Below are positions 47,228 to 56,996 of a DNA stretch of 64,000 nucleotides, in pieces. Under the pieces are notes generated by a model, which saw nothing but the letters and a program-made list of their open reading frames with translations, made no database searches and was not told where the DNA came from. A program made the translations under genes and the position numbers. Position 1 is the first letter of the stretch; the number at the start of each line of letters is the position of its first letter. Source of the DNA: Candidatus Moraniibacteriota bacterium (GTDB lineage: Bacteria > Patescibacteriota > Minisyncoccia > Moranbacterales > UBA1568); contig JAQTYF010000001.1 in NCBI GenBank assembly GCA_028688415.1, forward strand, positions 400,627 through 464,626, given 5' to 3'.

Positions 47228-48556
47228 TCACCCTTTCTTCGCTTCTATCACTGCTTTTCCAACAAATGGTTGCAGGACTTCTGGAACAGAAACACTCCCG
47301 TCGGCATTCTGATAATTTTCGAGGATAGCGATGAGAATACGCGGACTCGGAAGCGCAGTGTTATTGAGCATAAAAGCGTATTTTCGTTCCCCTGTCGTAG
47401 CATCTTTGTATTTCACATTGAGACGACGAGACTGCCAATCAAGAAAATTGGATGCAGAACCTGTCTCACCATAGCGATTCATTCCCGGCATCCAGGCTTC
47501 GAGATCAAATGCTCGATATTTCCCAGCACTCATATCACCACTACAGATTTGTATCTTACGATATGGCAGGCCGAGTTCCTGATGCATTTCTTCGGAGATC
47601 GCTATCATTTCATCCTGCAAAGCATCGACAGATGACATATCGGCGGTAGTAATAACTACTTGTTCTACTTTCATAAACTCGTGCACGCGATACATTCCTT
47701 TGGTATCCTTGCCATAACTCCCGATTTCACTACGGTAACACTGACTGAAACCAGCAAATTTGACTGGGAGATTTTTTTCCTCCAAGACTTCTCCGGAATA
47801 GTATGCGAGAAGCGATGGCTCGGCAGTGCCTACCAAAAATTTTTCTTCTTTAGCAAGGCTCCCATCAGCCTCCTTGTCTGAGGTCGCCACCTGATAAATC
47901 TCATCAATAGCACCATCATACTGTGCGCCCTTGAAATATCCACTGCCAAAAAGAGGGAATCCTTTCACGAGTGTTGGGGGAATCATTGGTGTGTATCCCT
48001 TGGAAACGAGTTTTTGCACAGCATACATCATGAGTCCCATCACAAGAAGCATGCCTTCATTCTTCAGATAATATCCACGATACCCAGACACTTTCGTTCC
48101 GCGCTCAAAGTCGATAATATCGAGCATCATACCGAGTTCTATATGTGTACGTGGGATAAAATCAAATGTAGGCACTGCTCCAGAATTGAAGGTTTCGACA
48201 TTCTGTTCCTCACTCGTTCCGATCGGTGTATCTCCTGAAATAATATTTGGCACCTGTGCCATGAGCTCATCATATTCTTTCTTCACTTCTTCAAAGAGAG
48301 GCTCTTTCTCATCGAGTTTCATCTTGATATCTTTTCCTTTGGCAATGATTTCGACACGCTCCTCTTCTGATTTTGCTTGATGAATCAGATCATTGATATC
48401 ATTCTTGAGTGATTTTAATTCTTCAATATCTTGGATAAGAAGTACTCGCTCTTCTGATTTCGCGAGAAGTACCGTCAGATCAAGTGAGCTGTGTTTCGCT
48501 TGAATCGCTTTCTCTACTTCTTCTCTATTATTTTTGATGAATTGAATATCGAGCAT
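47228..48556 (-). CDS. serS: Seryl-tRNA synthetase
   Basis: N-terminal coiled-coil arm. Class II motifs ('FRAEIGSYGKDTKGMYRVHEF', 'GSASNFLDWQSRRL'). Confidence 0.9.
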   Translation of the reverse strand: MLDIQFIKNNREEVEKAIQAKHSSLDLTVLLAKSEERVLLIQDIEELKSLKNDINDLIHQAKSEEERVEIIAKGKDIKMKLDEKEPLFEEVKKEYDELMAQVPNIISGDTPIGTSEEQNVETFNSGAVPTFDFIPRTHIELGMMLDIIDFERGTKVSGYRGYYLKNEGMLLVMGLMMYAVQKLVSKGYTPMIPPTLVKGFPLFGSGYFKGAQYDGAIDEIYQVATSDKEADGSLAKEEKFLVGTAEPSLLAYYSGEVLEEKNLPVKFAGFSQCYRSEIGSYGKDTKGMYRVHEFMKVEQVVITTADMSSVDALQDEMIAISEEMHQELGLPYRKIQICSGDMSAGKYRAFDLEAWMPGMNRYGETGSASNFLDWQSRRLNVKYKDATTGERKYAFMLNNTALPSPRILIAILENYQNADGSVSVPEVLQPFVGKAVIEAKKG

Positions 48557-48660
48557 ATTTTTAGCTTCTTAGCTTCATTAGCTTTTTAGATTTCAAATGA
48601 ATAGGTGGTCGCACTTGGACTCGTCCGATATTCATCGGACGCCCCGCGCATGCGGGGCGA

Positions 48661-48722
48661 ACTAGTGACCCCTGAGCAACCTGCCTGTCGGCAGACAGGT
48701 GTGAATGCAATACTCTAAACCT
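48661..48722 (-). pseudogene. tRNA-Val pseudo-fragment (D loop to T loop) with the 20-nt motif inserted at position 37/38
   Basis: Minus-strand sense reads ggtttagagtattgcattcaca-[cctgtctgccgacaggcagg]-ttgctcaggggtcactagt. The adjacent intact gene reads ggttagagcattgcattcaca-ttgcaggggtcactggt. Confidence 0.65.
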
Positions 48723-48739
48723 CACCCCGTTAGAATTGT

Positions 48740-48812
48740 GGACAACACTGGATTCGAACCAGTGACCCCTGCAATGTGAATGCAATGCTCTAACCAACTG
48801 AGCTAGTTGTCC
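48740..48812 (-). tRNA. tRNA-Val (anticodon CAC)
   Basis: Minus-strand fold GGACAAC/GTTGTCC acceptor. D arm GCTC-AGTTGGTT-AGAGC. Anticodon loop TTCACAT. T arm ACTGG-TTCGAAT-CCAGT. Flanked by a 15- to 17-bp complementary leader/trailer pair. Confidence 0.8.
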
Positions 48813-48853
48813 TCCACAATTCTAACGGGGCAAGCCTGAGCTATAACCTTTTT

Positions 48854-50338
48854 TTATTCTTCTTTTGTTTTCACTGGAGGAAAAATAACGGTCTCTCGTA
48901 CAGAACGATCCATAAGAATGGCAAACAATCGCTCGCTCAAACCAAAACCACACGCCGGAGGCATACCATATTCCAGTGCCTGAAGGAAGTCTTCATCAAA
49001 CATCATACCTTCGGCATCACCAGCATCACGGAGCTTCATCTGTTCTTCAAATCGTAGACGTTGATCGATTGGATCATTCAGTTCTGCAAAACCGTTTCCC
49101 ACCTCACTCTTCACCACTACTGGCTGAAAACGAAGTGCCTTTCTCGGATCACTTGGATCTTTCTTGGCAAGCGGTGAAACTTCTATCGGCTGACCCACGA
49201 GGAAACACGGCTGGATCAATTTCTGTCGCACCGTTTTCTTGTAGATCGTATCAATCATTCGACCTTTGCCAGCTGATGGTTCGTATTTGATATGAAGTTC
49301 ATCCGCTTTTTCTCGGAGTGTCTCGAGGCTGATATCTGAGGAAAGGTCGAGGCCTGTTTCTTTCTGAAACTCCGTAAAATAATCCACTCGAGGAAAGGGT
49401 TTACTCCAATCAATTACGTTACCTTCATGCGTCGATTGCATCGTGTCACCACACACGGCACGAGCGACGTTTTGATATAGCTTCTCTGTCAGTGCCATCC
49501 CCTGTTCCATATTCATATAGGCGGCATAAAACTCCATGTGATCGAATTCTTGCAAGTGTTCTCGGTCAATACCCTCATTACGGAAAACTCGTCCGATCTC
49601 GAATACTCGCTCATACCCACCGACGAGCAATCGTTTTAGAGCCAATTCGAGAGAGATACGCAAATAGAAATCTTGATCGAGAGCGTTGTGATGAGTGATG
49701 AATGGTTCTGCTTCTGCGCCTCCTGGGATGTGTTCGAGTACGGGTGTCTGCACCTCGAGGAATTTCTCCTCGGCGAGTGTTGTACGAATTGTTTGCCAAA
49801 AAATATTTTTCTTCACAAAAAGATCTCTCGTCTCTTGGTTTGCGAGCAAATCGAGATAACGACGACGGAGAAGCTCTTCTTCATCTTTCAATCCATAAAA
49901 TTCTGTCGGGATGGGACGAAGTGATTTCGAGAGCATTTGCCATGATTCGACACGCACACTTTTCTCATTTTGTTTCGTCAAAAAAACTGTGCCTGTTACA
50001 GACAAAAAATCTCCCATTTCTACTGATTTCTTGAACAGCTGAAACATATCTTCTCCGAGAGTTTCGAGAGAAAAGAATCCTTGTACTTGTCCGAAACCAT
50101 CTTCGAGATGACAAAAAGCGATTTTTCCCATCACACGAAGTGACCGCACGCGTCCCACTACCGATACTTTTTGTTCGGTATTTGAGAGACTCTCAAACTG
50201 ATCAACTATCTCCTGACTCGTATGAGTGCGAAATACTGTCTCCGGATATGCGGTACCGAATGATTTTATCAATTGAGTCAGTTTCTCTTTTTTTGTCGCA
50301 ACAATATCTTCACGCATAAGAAAATGGTTTTGAACCAA
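48854..50338 (-). CDS. lysS: Lysyl-tRNA synthetase, class II
   Basis: N-terminal OB anticodon-binding domain. Class II motifs ('FRNEGIDREHLQEFDHMEFY', 'GFGLSERLFAIL'). Confidence 0.9.
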   Translation of the reverse strand: MVQNHFLMREDIVATKKEKLTQLIKSFGTAYPETVFRTHTSQEIVDQFESLSNTEQKVSVVGRVRSLRVMGKIAFCHLEDGFGQVQGFFSLETLGEDMFQLFKKSVEMGDFLSVTGTVFLTKQNEKSVRVESWQMLSKSLRPIPTEFYGLKDEEELLRRRYLDLLANQETRDLFVKKNIFWQTIRTTLAEEKFLEVQTPVLEHIPGGAEAEPFITHHNALDQDFYLRISLELALKRLLVGGYERVFEIGRVFRNEGIDREHLQEFDHMEFYAAYMNMEQGMALTEKLYQNVARAVCGDTMQSTHEGNVIDWSKPFPRVDYFTEFQKETGLDLSSDISLETLREKADELHIKYEPSAGKGRMIDTIYKKTVRQKLIQPCFLVGQPIEVSPLAKKDPSDPRKALRFQPVVVKSEVGNGFAELNDPIDQRLRFEEQMKLRDAGDAEGMMFDEDFLQALEYGMPPACGFGLSERLFAILMDRSVRETVIFPPVKTKEE

Positions 50339-50421
50339 TGTGTGTATTACAAAGACATTCTACCCCAATACAAAGGAAAAGACAAGAAACAAAAACCCGA
50401 GATTTCTCTCGGGCATACACA

Positions 50422-50877
50422 TTATTCGATGGAGATAATCTTGTAACTGATCACACCTGCTGGGACCTTTACTTCTATCGTATCCCCTTTCTCTTTTCCG
50501 ATAAATTCTTTCCCGAGAGGAGATTCGTTGGAAATTTTACCGTTTGCCGGATCAACTTCATTGGAACCGACTATCTCGAAAAAAAGAGTCTTACTACTTA
50601 CCTTGACCTCTATTTTTGAACCAATGCCAACCGTAGAGGAGCTTTTCTGCTTTTTGGTCACGATAGAATCCTTGAGCATTGCTTCAAGCTCTGCAATACG
50701 AGCCTCATTTTCATTCTGACTATGTTTTGCTTCACTGTATTCTGCGTTTTCAGAGAGATCACCCTGCTCTTTCGCTTCTTTGATAGCAGTAGCAATTTCA
50801 TGACGAATTTTGAGTTTGCGCTCATCAAGTTCCGTATTCAATTTTTTCAGACCTTCTTCAGTAAAAATCCTTGCCAT
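50422..50877 (-). CDS. greA: Transcription elongation factor GreA
   Basis: Start at MARIFTEEGLKKL. Coiled-coil with 'GDLSENAEY' acidic tip. C-terminal FKBP-like domain. Confidence 0.85.
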   Translation of the reverse strand: MARIFTEEGLKKLNTELDERKLKIRHEIATAIKEAKEQGDLSENAEYSEAKHSQNENEARIAELEAMLKDSIVTKKQKSSSTVGIGSKIEVKVSSKTLFFEIVGSNEVDPANGKISNESPLGKEFIGKEKGDTIEVKVPAGVISYKIISIE

Positions 50878-51169
50878 AGTATATATCCTTACAATAAATA
50901 AAAGTTTATTTTTTGAACGAAGAATATTCTTTCGAATCATCTTCTTTCTCTCCTCTCAACAATAGACATTCTTCTTCGTTGTGTATTGCCTTGTGTAACA
51001 AAAACTTCTTTCCATGAGGAGAGAAGATGGTACAGAGTTTATATATAGTATCAAAAATGAAATAAATGTCAACCACGTCGCTCGCGAGCGATGTGGTCAA
51101 TCCCATCTTTCTCTTCGCAAGTGACAATACAAATCGTGATGAATGCTATTTTTAGGCTCAATATAAGCA

Positions 51170-53065
51170 TTATTCATGCGAATTAGATTGAGAAAAATAC
51201 CAATCATAGACTGATTGGGTCAGAGGTACTGCATTGTACCCTTCTTCTCCCTGTCCCTCTACAAGGACAATCATCGACAGTGTCGGCTGTTCAAATGGAG
51301 CAAATGACACAAACCATCCGTGTGTTTTTTCCTCATTACCGAATTGCGCTGTCCCTGTTTTGCCAGCAACCTCTATCGGCAAAGTCTGAAGTGACTGAGC
51401 AGTTCCCTCTGTGACCGTCTTCCTCATTCCTTCACGAACAATGCGTAAAATATTCGTATCCATAAAATCTTTTCGCACTATTTCTGGAAGAATAGGGGTC
51501 ACAACACCATTAGCAGAACGTATCTGAGCGACAACCTTCGGTACATACAACGTACCATTATTTGCAATCGCAGAGATAGAGTTGAGTATTTGGAGAGGAG
51601 TGGCGGTAATAAATCCCTGACCAATAGAAGCATGATAGTCATCACCAATATACCAACGTTCACCGATAACATCTTTCTTCCATTGTGGATCAGGAATGAA
51701 TCCGTCAGCCTCACCTGGTATATCGATATTTGTCTTGCTTCCATACCCAAAAAGGTTTTCATATTTTTTCATCCGATCCATTCCGAGACCAGATACTCCT
51801 CCATATCCACCACCGATCGCATAAAAGAAAACGTCGCTTGAGACAGCAATCGCTCTTCTGATATCGGTAAAACCGTTGACTCTCCAATCACCGAAGAAAA
51901 ATTTTCCAATACTGATACCTCCACGACTTTCTATTTCTCTGTGTTCATTGACGACACCTTCTTTCAGGGCAGCAGCAGCGACCACGGGCTTGATCGTCGA
52001 TCCAGGAGGATACTCTCCCGAAATCGCACGGTTAAACAACGGGAGAGCGGGGTCATCGATAAGCATTTTGTATTCTTTGGATGAGATCCCTCCTACAAAA
52101 AGATTATTGTCATAACTCGGGAAACTAACAAGAGCACGAACAGCGCCATCTCTTGGATCCATAGCAATCACAGCAGCTTGTTTCAAATTTTTCTTTTCGA
52201 GCCATGTTTGCAGATCATCAAAAATCTTTTTCTGTAATTCTGCATCAATATTGAGAATGAGGTCACTCCCTAAAAGAGGCTGGACTATTCCAAGTTCCTT
52301 CTTGATATGACCCAGAGAATCTACTTCGGCTTGCTGAAATCCGTTAGTGCCATGAAGCGAGGTCTCATAACTTTTTTCAATACCTTGTTTACCAAGAGAA
52401 TCTGTCACGAGATACCCCGGATGCGAAATCAGATCTTCTTTCCGAATTTTTCCTTCGTACCCGAGGATATGAGAGAAAATGAGACTGTCTGCATATTGTC
52501 GTTTGGTTGTTTTGTAGAGATTGATACCTGGAAGTTCTCGGGCTCGACTCAAAAACAAAATCGTTTCTTCTTGATCTATTTGTTCCTTCAAAATGATTGG
52601 TTCGAGAGATCGTCGATCCAGTTTCTGAAAAATGTCATCCAGCACTGCGTGATCGAGAGAAAAAGTTGCAAGAAGCACACTTTTGATTCTCTCCTGTTCT
52701 ACCTGATCTTTCGGTATATCGAGAGGAATCAGTACGATGTCCATACTCGGAATATTTGATACGAGCTGTTTTCCAAAACGATCATAGATGATACCACGAG
52801 GAGCAGGTATGACGATTTTTCGTAGACTGTTGTTTTCAGCGATTCCCTGATATTCTGCCCCTTTGATAACATTGAGATAGAAAACACGTCCTCCAAAACC
52901 AATAAAAACAAAAATGATAAGAAACCAAAAAAACGTCAGAAGAGAACGATTGAGTGGCCATTCGATTTTGTCAGCATCACCTTCCGTAATCGTCAAAACG
53001 GCATCGTCTATTTCCATTCCATGTTTCTGTATTTTGTATTCATTTCTGTTGATAAAAAGTGGCAT
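51170..53065 (-). CDS. mrdA: Penicillin-binding protein 2 (peptidoglycan D,D-transpeptidase)
   Basis: N-terminal anchor. PBP dimerisation domain. Transpeptidase SxxK 'GSTIKPV', SxN and 'KTGTA' boxes. Upstream of mreDCB on the same strand. Confidence 0.8.
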   Translation of the reverse strand: MPLFINRNEYKIQKHGMEIDDAVLTITEGDADKIEWPLNRSLLTFFWFLIIFVFIGFGGRVFYLNVIKGAEYQGIAENNSLRKIVIPAPRGIIYDRFGKQLVSNIPSMDIVLIPLDIPKDQVEQERIKSVLLATFSLDHAVLDDIFQKLDRRSLEPIILKEQIDQEETILFLSRARELPGINLYKTTKRQYADSLIFSHILGYEGKIRKEDLISHPGYLVTDSLGKQGIEKSYETSLHGTNGFQQAEVDSLGHIKKELGIVQPLLGSDLILNIDAELQKKIFDDLQTWLEKKNLKQAAVIAMDPRDGAVRALVSFPSYDNNLFVGGISSKEYKMLIDDPALPLFNRAISGEYPPGSTIKPVVAAAALKEGVVNEHREIESRGGISIGKFFFGDWRVNGFTDIRRAIAVSSDVFFYAIGGGYGGVSGLGMDRMKKYENLFGYGSKTNIDIPGEADGFIPDPQWKKDVIGERWYIGDDYHASIGQGFITATPLQILNSISAIANNGTLYVPKVVAQIRSANGVVTPILPEIVRKDFMDTNILRIVREGMRKTVTEGTAQSLQTLPIEVAGKTGTAQFGNEEKTHGWFVSFAPFEQPTLSMIVLVEGQGEEGYNAVPLTQSVYDWYFSQSNSHE

Positions 53066-53078
53066 AGAGAAAAAACTA

Positions 53079-53615
53079 TTATTTTATTCTTGAAAATTCT
53101 CTTGTGGAAAGAAGGGTCATATATCGTTCAAATCGAGTGATGATTGAAGAGACAACAAGAAATGTCGGGATGCAGAGGAGCATAGAAAACAATACGTCTT
53201 TCGAAAAAAGGAACGAAAGAAAAAAATCAATTGTAAAATATTCTTTTCCAGAAAACAGAAAAGAAAATATTCTAAATCCCACAAGAGCAGAGGCAGAGAG
53301 GGCAAGGGAAAGAGTAATACCGATAGTGCTCTGTTCGATAGAGAGTCGTCGTGAGAGGAAACTTGTCGCATAAACGAGACAAATAGCATACAGCGAGAAA
53401 ATACCTGGTGTGCCAGAAGAAATAATATCAAGTAGCATAGTCGTCGGTATCACTCGCATAAAAACCTGCGGGAAAGGTATCAGAAGAGACCAAACAATAA
53501 GGGCGACAAAAATCGCTATTGGGACCGTCATCCACGGGAACAAAATATCAAAAAAAGAAATCTGAAAAGAAACAAGTGCGAGAATGAATAAAAGTCGAAA
53601 GAAAAAAAGTCTCAT
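53079..53615 (-). CDS. mreD: Rod shape-determining protein MreD
   Basis: 178-aa polytopic membrane protein immediately downstream of mreC. Call rests on position and hydrophobicity. Confidence 0.5.
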   Translation of the reverse strand: MRLFFFRLLFILALVSFQISFFDILFPWMTVPIAIFVALIVWSLLIPFPQVFMRVIPTTMLLDIISSGTPGIFSLYAICLVYATSFLSRRLSIEQSTIGITLSLALSASALVGFRIFSFLFSGKEYFTIDFFLSFLFSKDVLFSMLLCIPTFLVVSSIITRFERYMTLLSTREFSRIK

Positions 53616-53618
53616 ATG

Positions 53619-54437
53619 TTAAAAGACATTCTGTATAACAAAGACATATCGCATTTGATCAAATCGAAGAGGAGGTACAATCGTTGCTTTTTGAAATAGC
53701 TTGTCGCTCGAGAGATGAATATTCTGCAAGGTCCCTATCACCAATCCTCTTGGCACATCACCACCGAGTCCTGATGTGATGATAGTATCACCGACTTTGA
53801 TAGTATCCTTTTGCAACACCATATCGAGTATAAGACCGAGTCCATATTCTCCCTTCACAATTCCTTTTGCTTCACTTTCGACAGAGACACCGCTAATAAG
53901 ACTCTCTCCATTCGAGAGAAGCATCACTCGTGCACTGGCTGGAAATACTTCTACTATTCTCCCAACAAATATACCCTTGTCGACAATAACGGACATTCCT
54001 TCTTTCATGCCAGTATTTGCGCCCTTATCAATAGAGATCCAATTTCCCATACCAGAGACGTCTCGACCAATCACTGTGGCTGCGCGAAGATCAAATTTCT
54101 CTCTCGGGAGTAATCCTATTTCTTTTCGTAACTCATCATTTTCTCTCTGTACATCAGCATATTGTGCATTCTCTACTACTAACGATAGACGCTCTTTCTC
54201 GAGGCGTATATTCTCATCTTTGAGTTCACCGATGGAGCCAAAAAAAGTATAGAGAGCACTGAATTCAAAAGCCATCACCGAAAATACTTTCTGTACAGGA
54301 TAGATTACTGTCATTACCACACTCTGTACAGGAGCAAATATCCATGCCGGACTCATTTCAACAGAGACCCATACTATACAAAACAGAATCAATGCTCGAA
54401 AAAACTTTGTTTCAGTAAATTTTCTCTGTACGATCAT
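53619..54437 (-). CDS. mreC: Rod shape-determining protein MreC
   Basis: N-terminal anchor, coiled coil ('ENAQYADVQRENDELRKEIGL'), then beta-rich domain with 'GxxVxTSGLGG'. Confidence 0.7.
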   Translation of the reverse strand: MIVQRKFTETKFFRALILFCIVWVSVEMSPAWIFAPVQSVVMTVIYPVQKVFSVMAFEFSALYTFFGSIGELKDENIRLEKERLSLVVENAQYADVQRENDELRKEIGLLPREKFDLRAATVIGRDVSGMGNWISIDKGANTGMKEGMSVIVDKGIFVGRIVEVFPASARVMLLSNGESLISGVSVESEAKGIVKGEYGLGLILDMVLQKDTIKVGDTIITSGLGGDVPRGLVIGTLQNIHLSSDKLFQKATIVPPLRFDQMRYVFVIQNVF

Positions 54438-54460
54438 AAGACATAATCAAAAAACTGATA

Positions 54461-55555
54461 CTATCCGATTGGCCTGTTTTCGGATTCTTCGACAAGCACT
54501 TCCTGCAAATGTTCCATATCATCAAGAACAATACCCGTACCACGCACCACTGCGGTCAGAGGATCTTCCATGAGACGCACAGGAATACCCGTTTGATTGG
54601 CGATAAGTTTATCAAGACCTTTGATAAGGCTCCCTCCTCCTGCAAGAATGATGCCTCGATACATGATGTCTGAGAGCAACTCTGGAGGAGTTTCTTCAAC
54701 AATCGTTTTGATACTATTGACGATGATACGTGTCGATCGAGAAAGAGCTTCTCTGATATGTTCGTCTGTAGCAATCACCTCTTTTGGTAATCCAGAAACG
54801 AGATCGCGACCACGGAGAGGAAACGTCAATCGTTCCTGTTGTGGATACGCATTACCAATAGCAATCTTCACTTCTTCAGCAGTTTTCTCGCCGATCAAAA
54901 TATTGAATTCATCACGACTGTATCTGACGATATCTTCATTCATCTCATCTCCTGCGATACGGAGACTCCGTGAGAGCACAACACCTCCCAATGAAATCAC
55001 TGCGATTTCTGTTGTCCCACCACCGATATCTACTACCATATTTCCTGTAGCGTTGATCACTGGGAGACGAGCGCCGATGGCTGCTGCCATAGGTTCATCT
55101 ATGAGAAATACCTGACGAGCGCCTGCATTCAGTCCCGCCTCAATAACAGCACGCTTTTCTACTTGCGTCACTCCTGACGGTATACCAATCAGTACTCGTG
55201 GTCGACGCAGAAAAGAAAAGTTTTCAGCTGTTACTTTGTTGATGAAATAACGAAGCATCTGCTGAGTCACTTCGAAATCACTCACGACGCCATCAACAAG
55301 AGGACGTGTGGCAACAATATGGCTTGGTGTTTTTCCTACCATCTTCTTGGCTTCACGTCCAATAGCAAGAATCTGTCCTGTGCGCTGATTCACTGCTACT
55401 ACAGACGGCTCGTTGATCATGATACCTTTCCCTTTGACATAGACCAAAATATTGGCTGTACCGAGGTCAATACCGATATCTTGAGTCAAATGACTGAAAA
55501 AACGATCAATAACTGTTTTCTGAAAATTCTTGAAAAAACGATCAAATTGAAACAT
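54461..55555 (-). CDS. mreB: Actin-like rod shape-determining protein MreB
   Basis: 'DIGIDLGTANILVY' phosphate-1. 'VVDIGGGTTEIAVI' phosphate-2. 'ILAGGGSL' adenosine motif. Confidence 0.9.
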   Translation of the reverse strand: MFQFDRFFKNFQKTVIDRFFSHLTQDIGIDLGTANILVYVKGKGIMINEPSVVAVNQRTGQILAIGREAKKMVGKTPSHIVATRPLVDGVVSDFEVTQQMLRYFINKVTAENFSFLRRPRVLIGIPSGVTQVEKRAVIEAGLNAGARQVFLIDEPMAAAIGARLPVINATGNMVVDIGGGTTEIAVISLGGVVLSRSLRIAGDEMNEDIVRYSRDEFNILIGEKTAEEVKIAIGNAYPQQERLTFPLRGRDLVSGLPKEVIATDEHIREALSRSTRIIVNSIKTIVEETPPELLSDIMYRGIILAGGGSLIKGLDKLIANQTGIPVRLMEDPLTAVVRGTGIVLDDMEHLQEVLVEESENRPIG

Positions 55556-55657
55556 AAAAAAAGAGAATAAAATAGGGTATTCCCCATTCTATATCATTTC
55601 TCCGAAATACTCCAGTATTCTCAAAAAAACAGTTTTTTGGTGTTTTTTACACAGTTT

Positions 55658-56920
55658 CTAAAGGTGTTTTTTTAGAGAAGTACCGGCGACATATCCCGTA
55701 GTCCAGCAGAGCTGGAGGCTATATCCTCCCGAAGGACGATCGATGTTCAATATGTCACCGACACAATACAGATTTGGATAGAGACGGGAACGCATCGTCC
55801 GAAAATCTACTTCCGAGAGAGCAACGCCTCCGCTCGTCACAATTGCTTTCTCTGCACCCAAAAGTCCCGTAACTGTCATCGACATTTCTTTTGCTCCACG
55901 ACCGAGAGAAAACCGTTCTTCTCGACTCAGAGCATTCACTGCTTTTTCTCCATCTATCTTCGCACGTTCCAGAAGCGCAGGAACGAAAGATGTAGGAATG
56001 ATTTCATCGAGAACATTCTTGATCTTTTTATTTTTATTTTCTTCAAATATTTCTTGCAGTTTTTTATCGATCATTCCATAGTCCATCTGTGGCAAGAGGT
56101 CGAGAGCAAGAGTGACTGGTCCGTATTGCAGGAACTCGCTGATGGATTTACTCATATTGAGGACGAGCGGTCCGCTCAATCCGAAATGTGTGAACAATAT
56201 TTTTCCTATCTTTTGAGGTAATATTTTTTTTCTTTTTCCTGATGCATCATTCTGAAAGAAAGAGAGTTTTGCCTCGGCGAGACTCACTCCTGACAGATCA
56301 TGTACCCATTTTTCTTTCGTAATAACGGGTACCAATATTGCTTGTGATTCGATGATGGTATGTCCTATTTCCCTGAGCCACGTAAATCCATCACCTGTCG
56401 ATCCTGTTTCCGGATGAGATTTTCCTCCAGTCGCGAGGATATATGCATGCGCCCGGAGACATTCGCCATTTCCAAGAAGTACACCTTCTATTATTCCATC
56501 ACCCATAGCAAATCCCGTTACTGTGACACCGAGATGCATCTCGACATTCCCCTCTGTCATATATTTCGTGAGCACATCAAAGACAGATTGGGATTTATCC
56601 GTTACTGGGAAGACTCGTTTTTCTGCTTCGATTTTCGTCGGCATATCATAGGAATGGAAAAAATCGAGTGTTTTCTCTACGCCAAATTGTGCGAAAGGAG
56701 AATAGAGAAACTTTGCAGAACCTTTGAATTTCGCAAGAAAAAGATGAATGTCGAACTCCGCATTGGTTACATTACAACGCCCACCACCAGTGATGAGAAG
56801 TTTCTGACCAAGCGAGGAATTCTTCTCCAAAAGCAAAACACGTGCACCACACTGTGCAGCTCGTCCAGCAGCCATCATACCAGCCGGTCCACCTCCGATT
56901 ACTATCACATCGTATTCCAT
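55658..56920 (-). CDS. FAD-dependent oxidoreductase, HI0933/BaiN-like flavoprotein
   Basis: Start at MEYDVIVIGGGPAGMMAA (dinucleotide-binding GxGxxG). 'RCNVTN' and C-terminal 'CVGDILNIDRPSGGY'. Confidence 0.65.
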   Translation of the reverse strand: MEYDVIVIGGGPAGMMAAGRAAQCGARVLLLEKNSSLGQKLLITGGGRCNVTNAEFDIHLFLAKFKGSAKFLYSPFAQFGVEKTLDFFHSYDMPTKIEAEKRVFPVTDKSQSVFDVLTKYMTEGNVEMHLGVTVTGFAMGDGIIEGVLLGNGECLRAHAYILATGGKSHPETGSTGDGFTWLREIGHTIIESQAILVPVITKEKWVHDLSGVSLAEAKLSFFQNDASGKRKKILPQKIGKILFTHFGLSGPLVLNMSKSISEFLQYGPVTLALDLLPQMDYGMIDKKLQEIFEENKNKKIKNVLDEIIPTSFVPALLERAKIDGEKAVNALSREERFSLGRGAKEMSMTVTGLLGAEKAIVTSGGVALSEVDFRTMRSRLYPNLYCVGDILNIDRPSGGYSLQLCWTTGYVAGTSLKKHL

Positions 56921-56996
56921 AATATTACTACTCCAGATCATTGCATGAGATACACCACATATTCCCACAACCGTACTGGTCCGTCAAGCGAAAAAA

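Noticed and set aside
48600-48660. T-box riboswitch upstream of serS (an aggtggt-like string at ~48605).
   Set aside because: The T-box-like string is on the wrong strand relative to serS and the leader is too short. No specifier loop or antiterminator is arranged. The hairpins there are better explained as simple stem-loops and the tRNA-Val pseudo-fragment.
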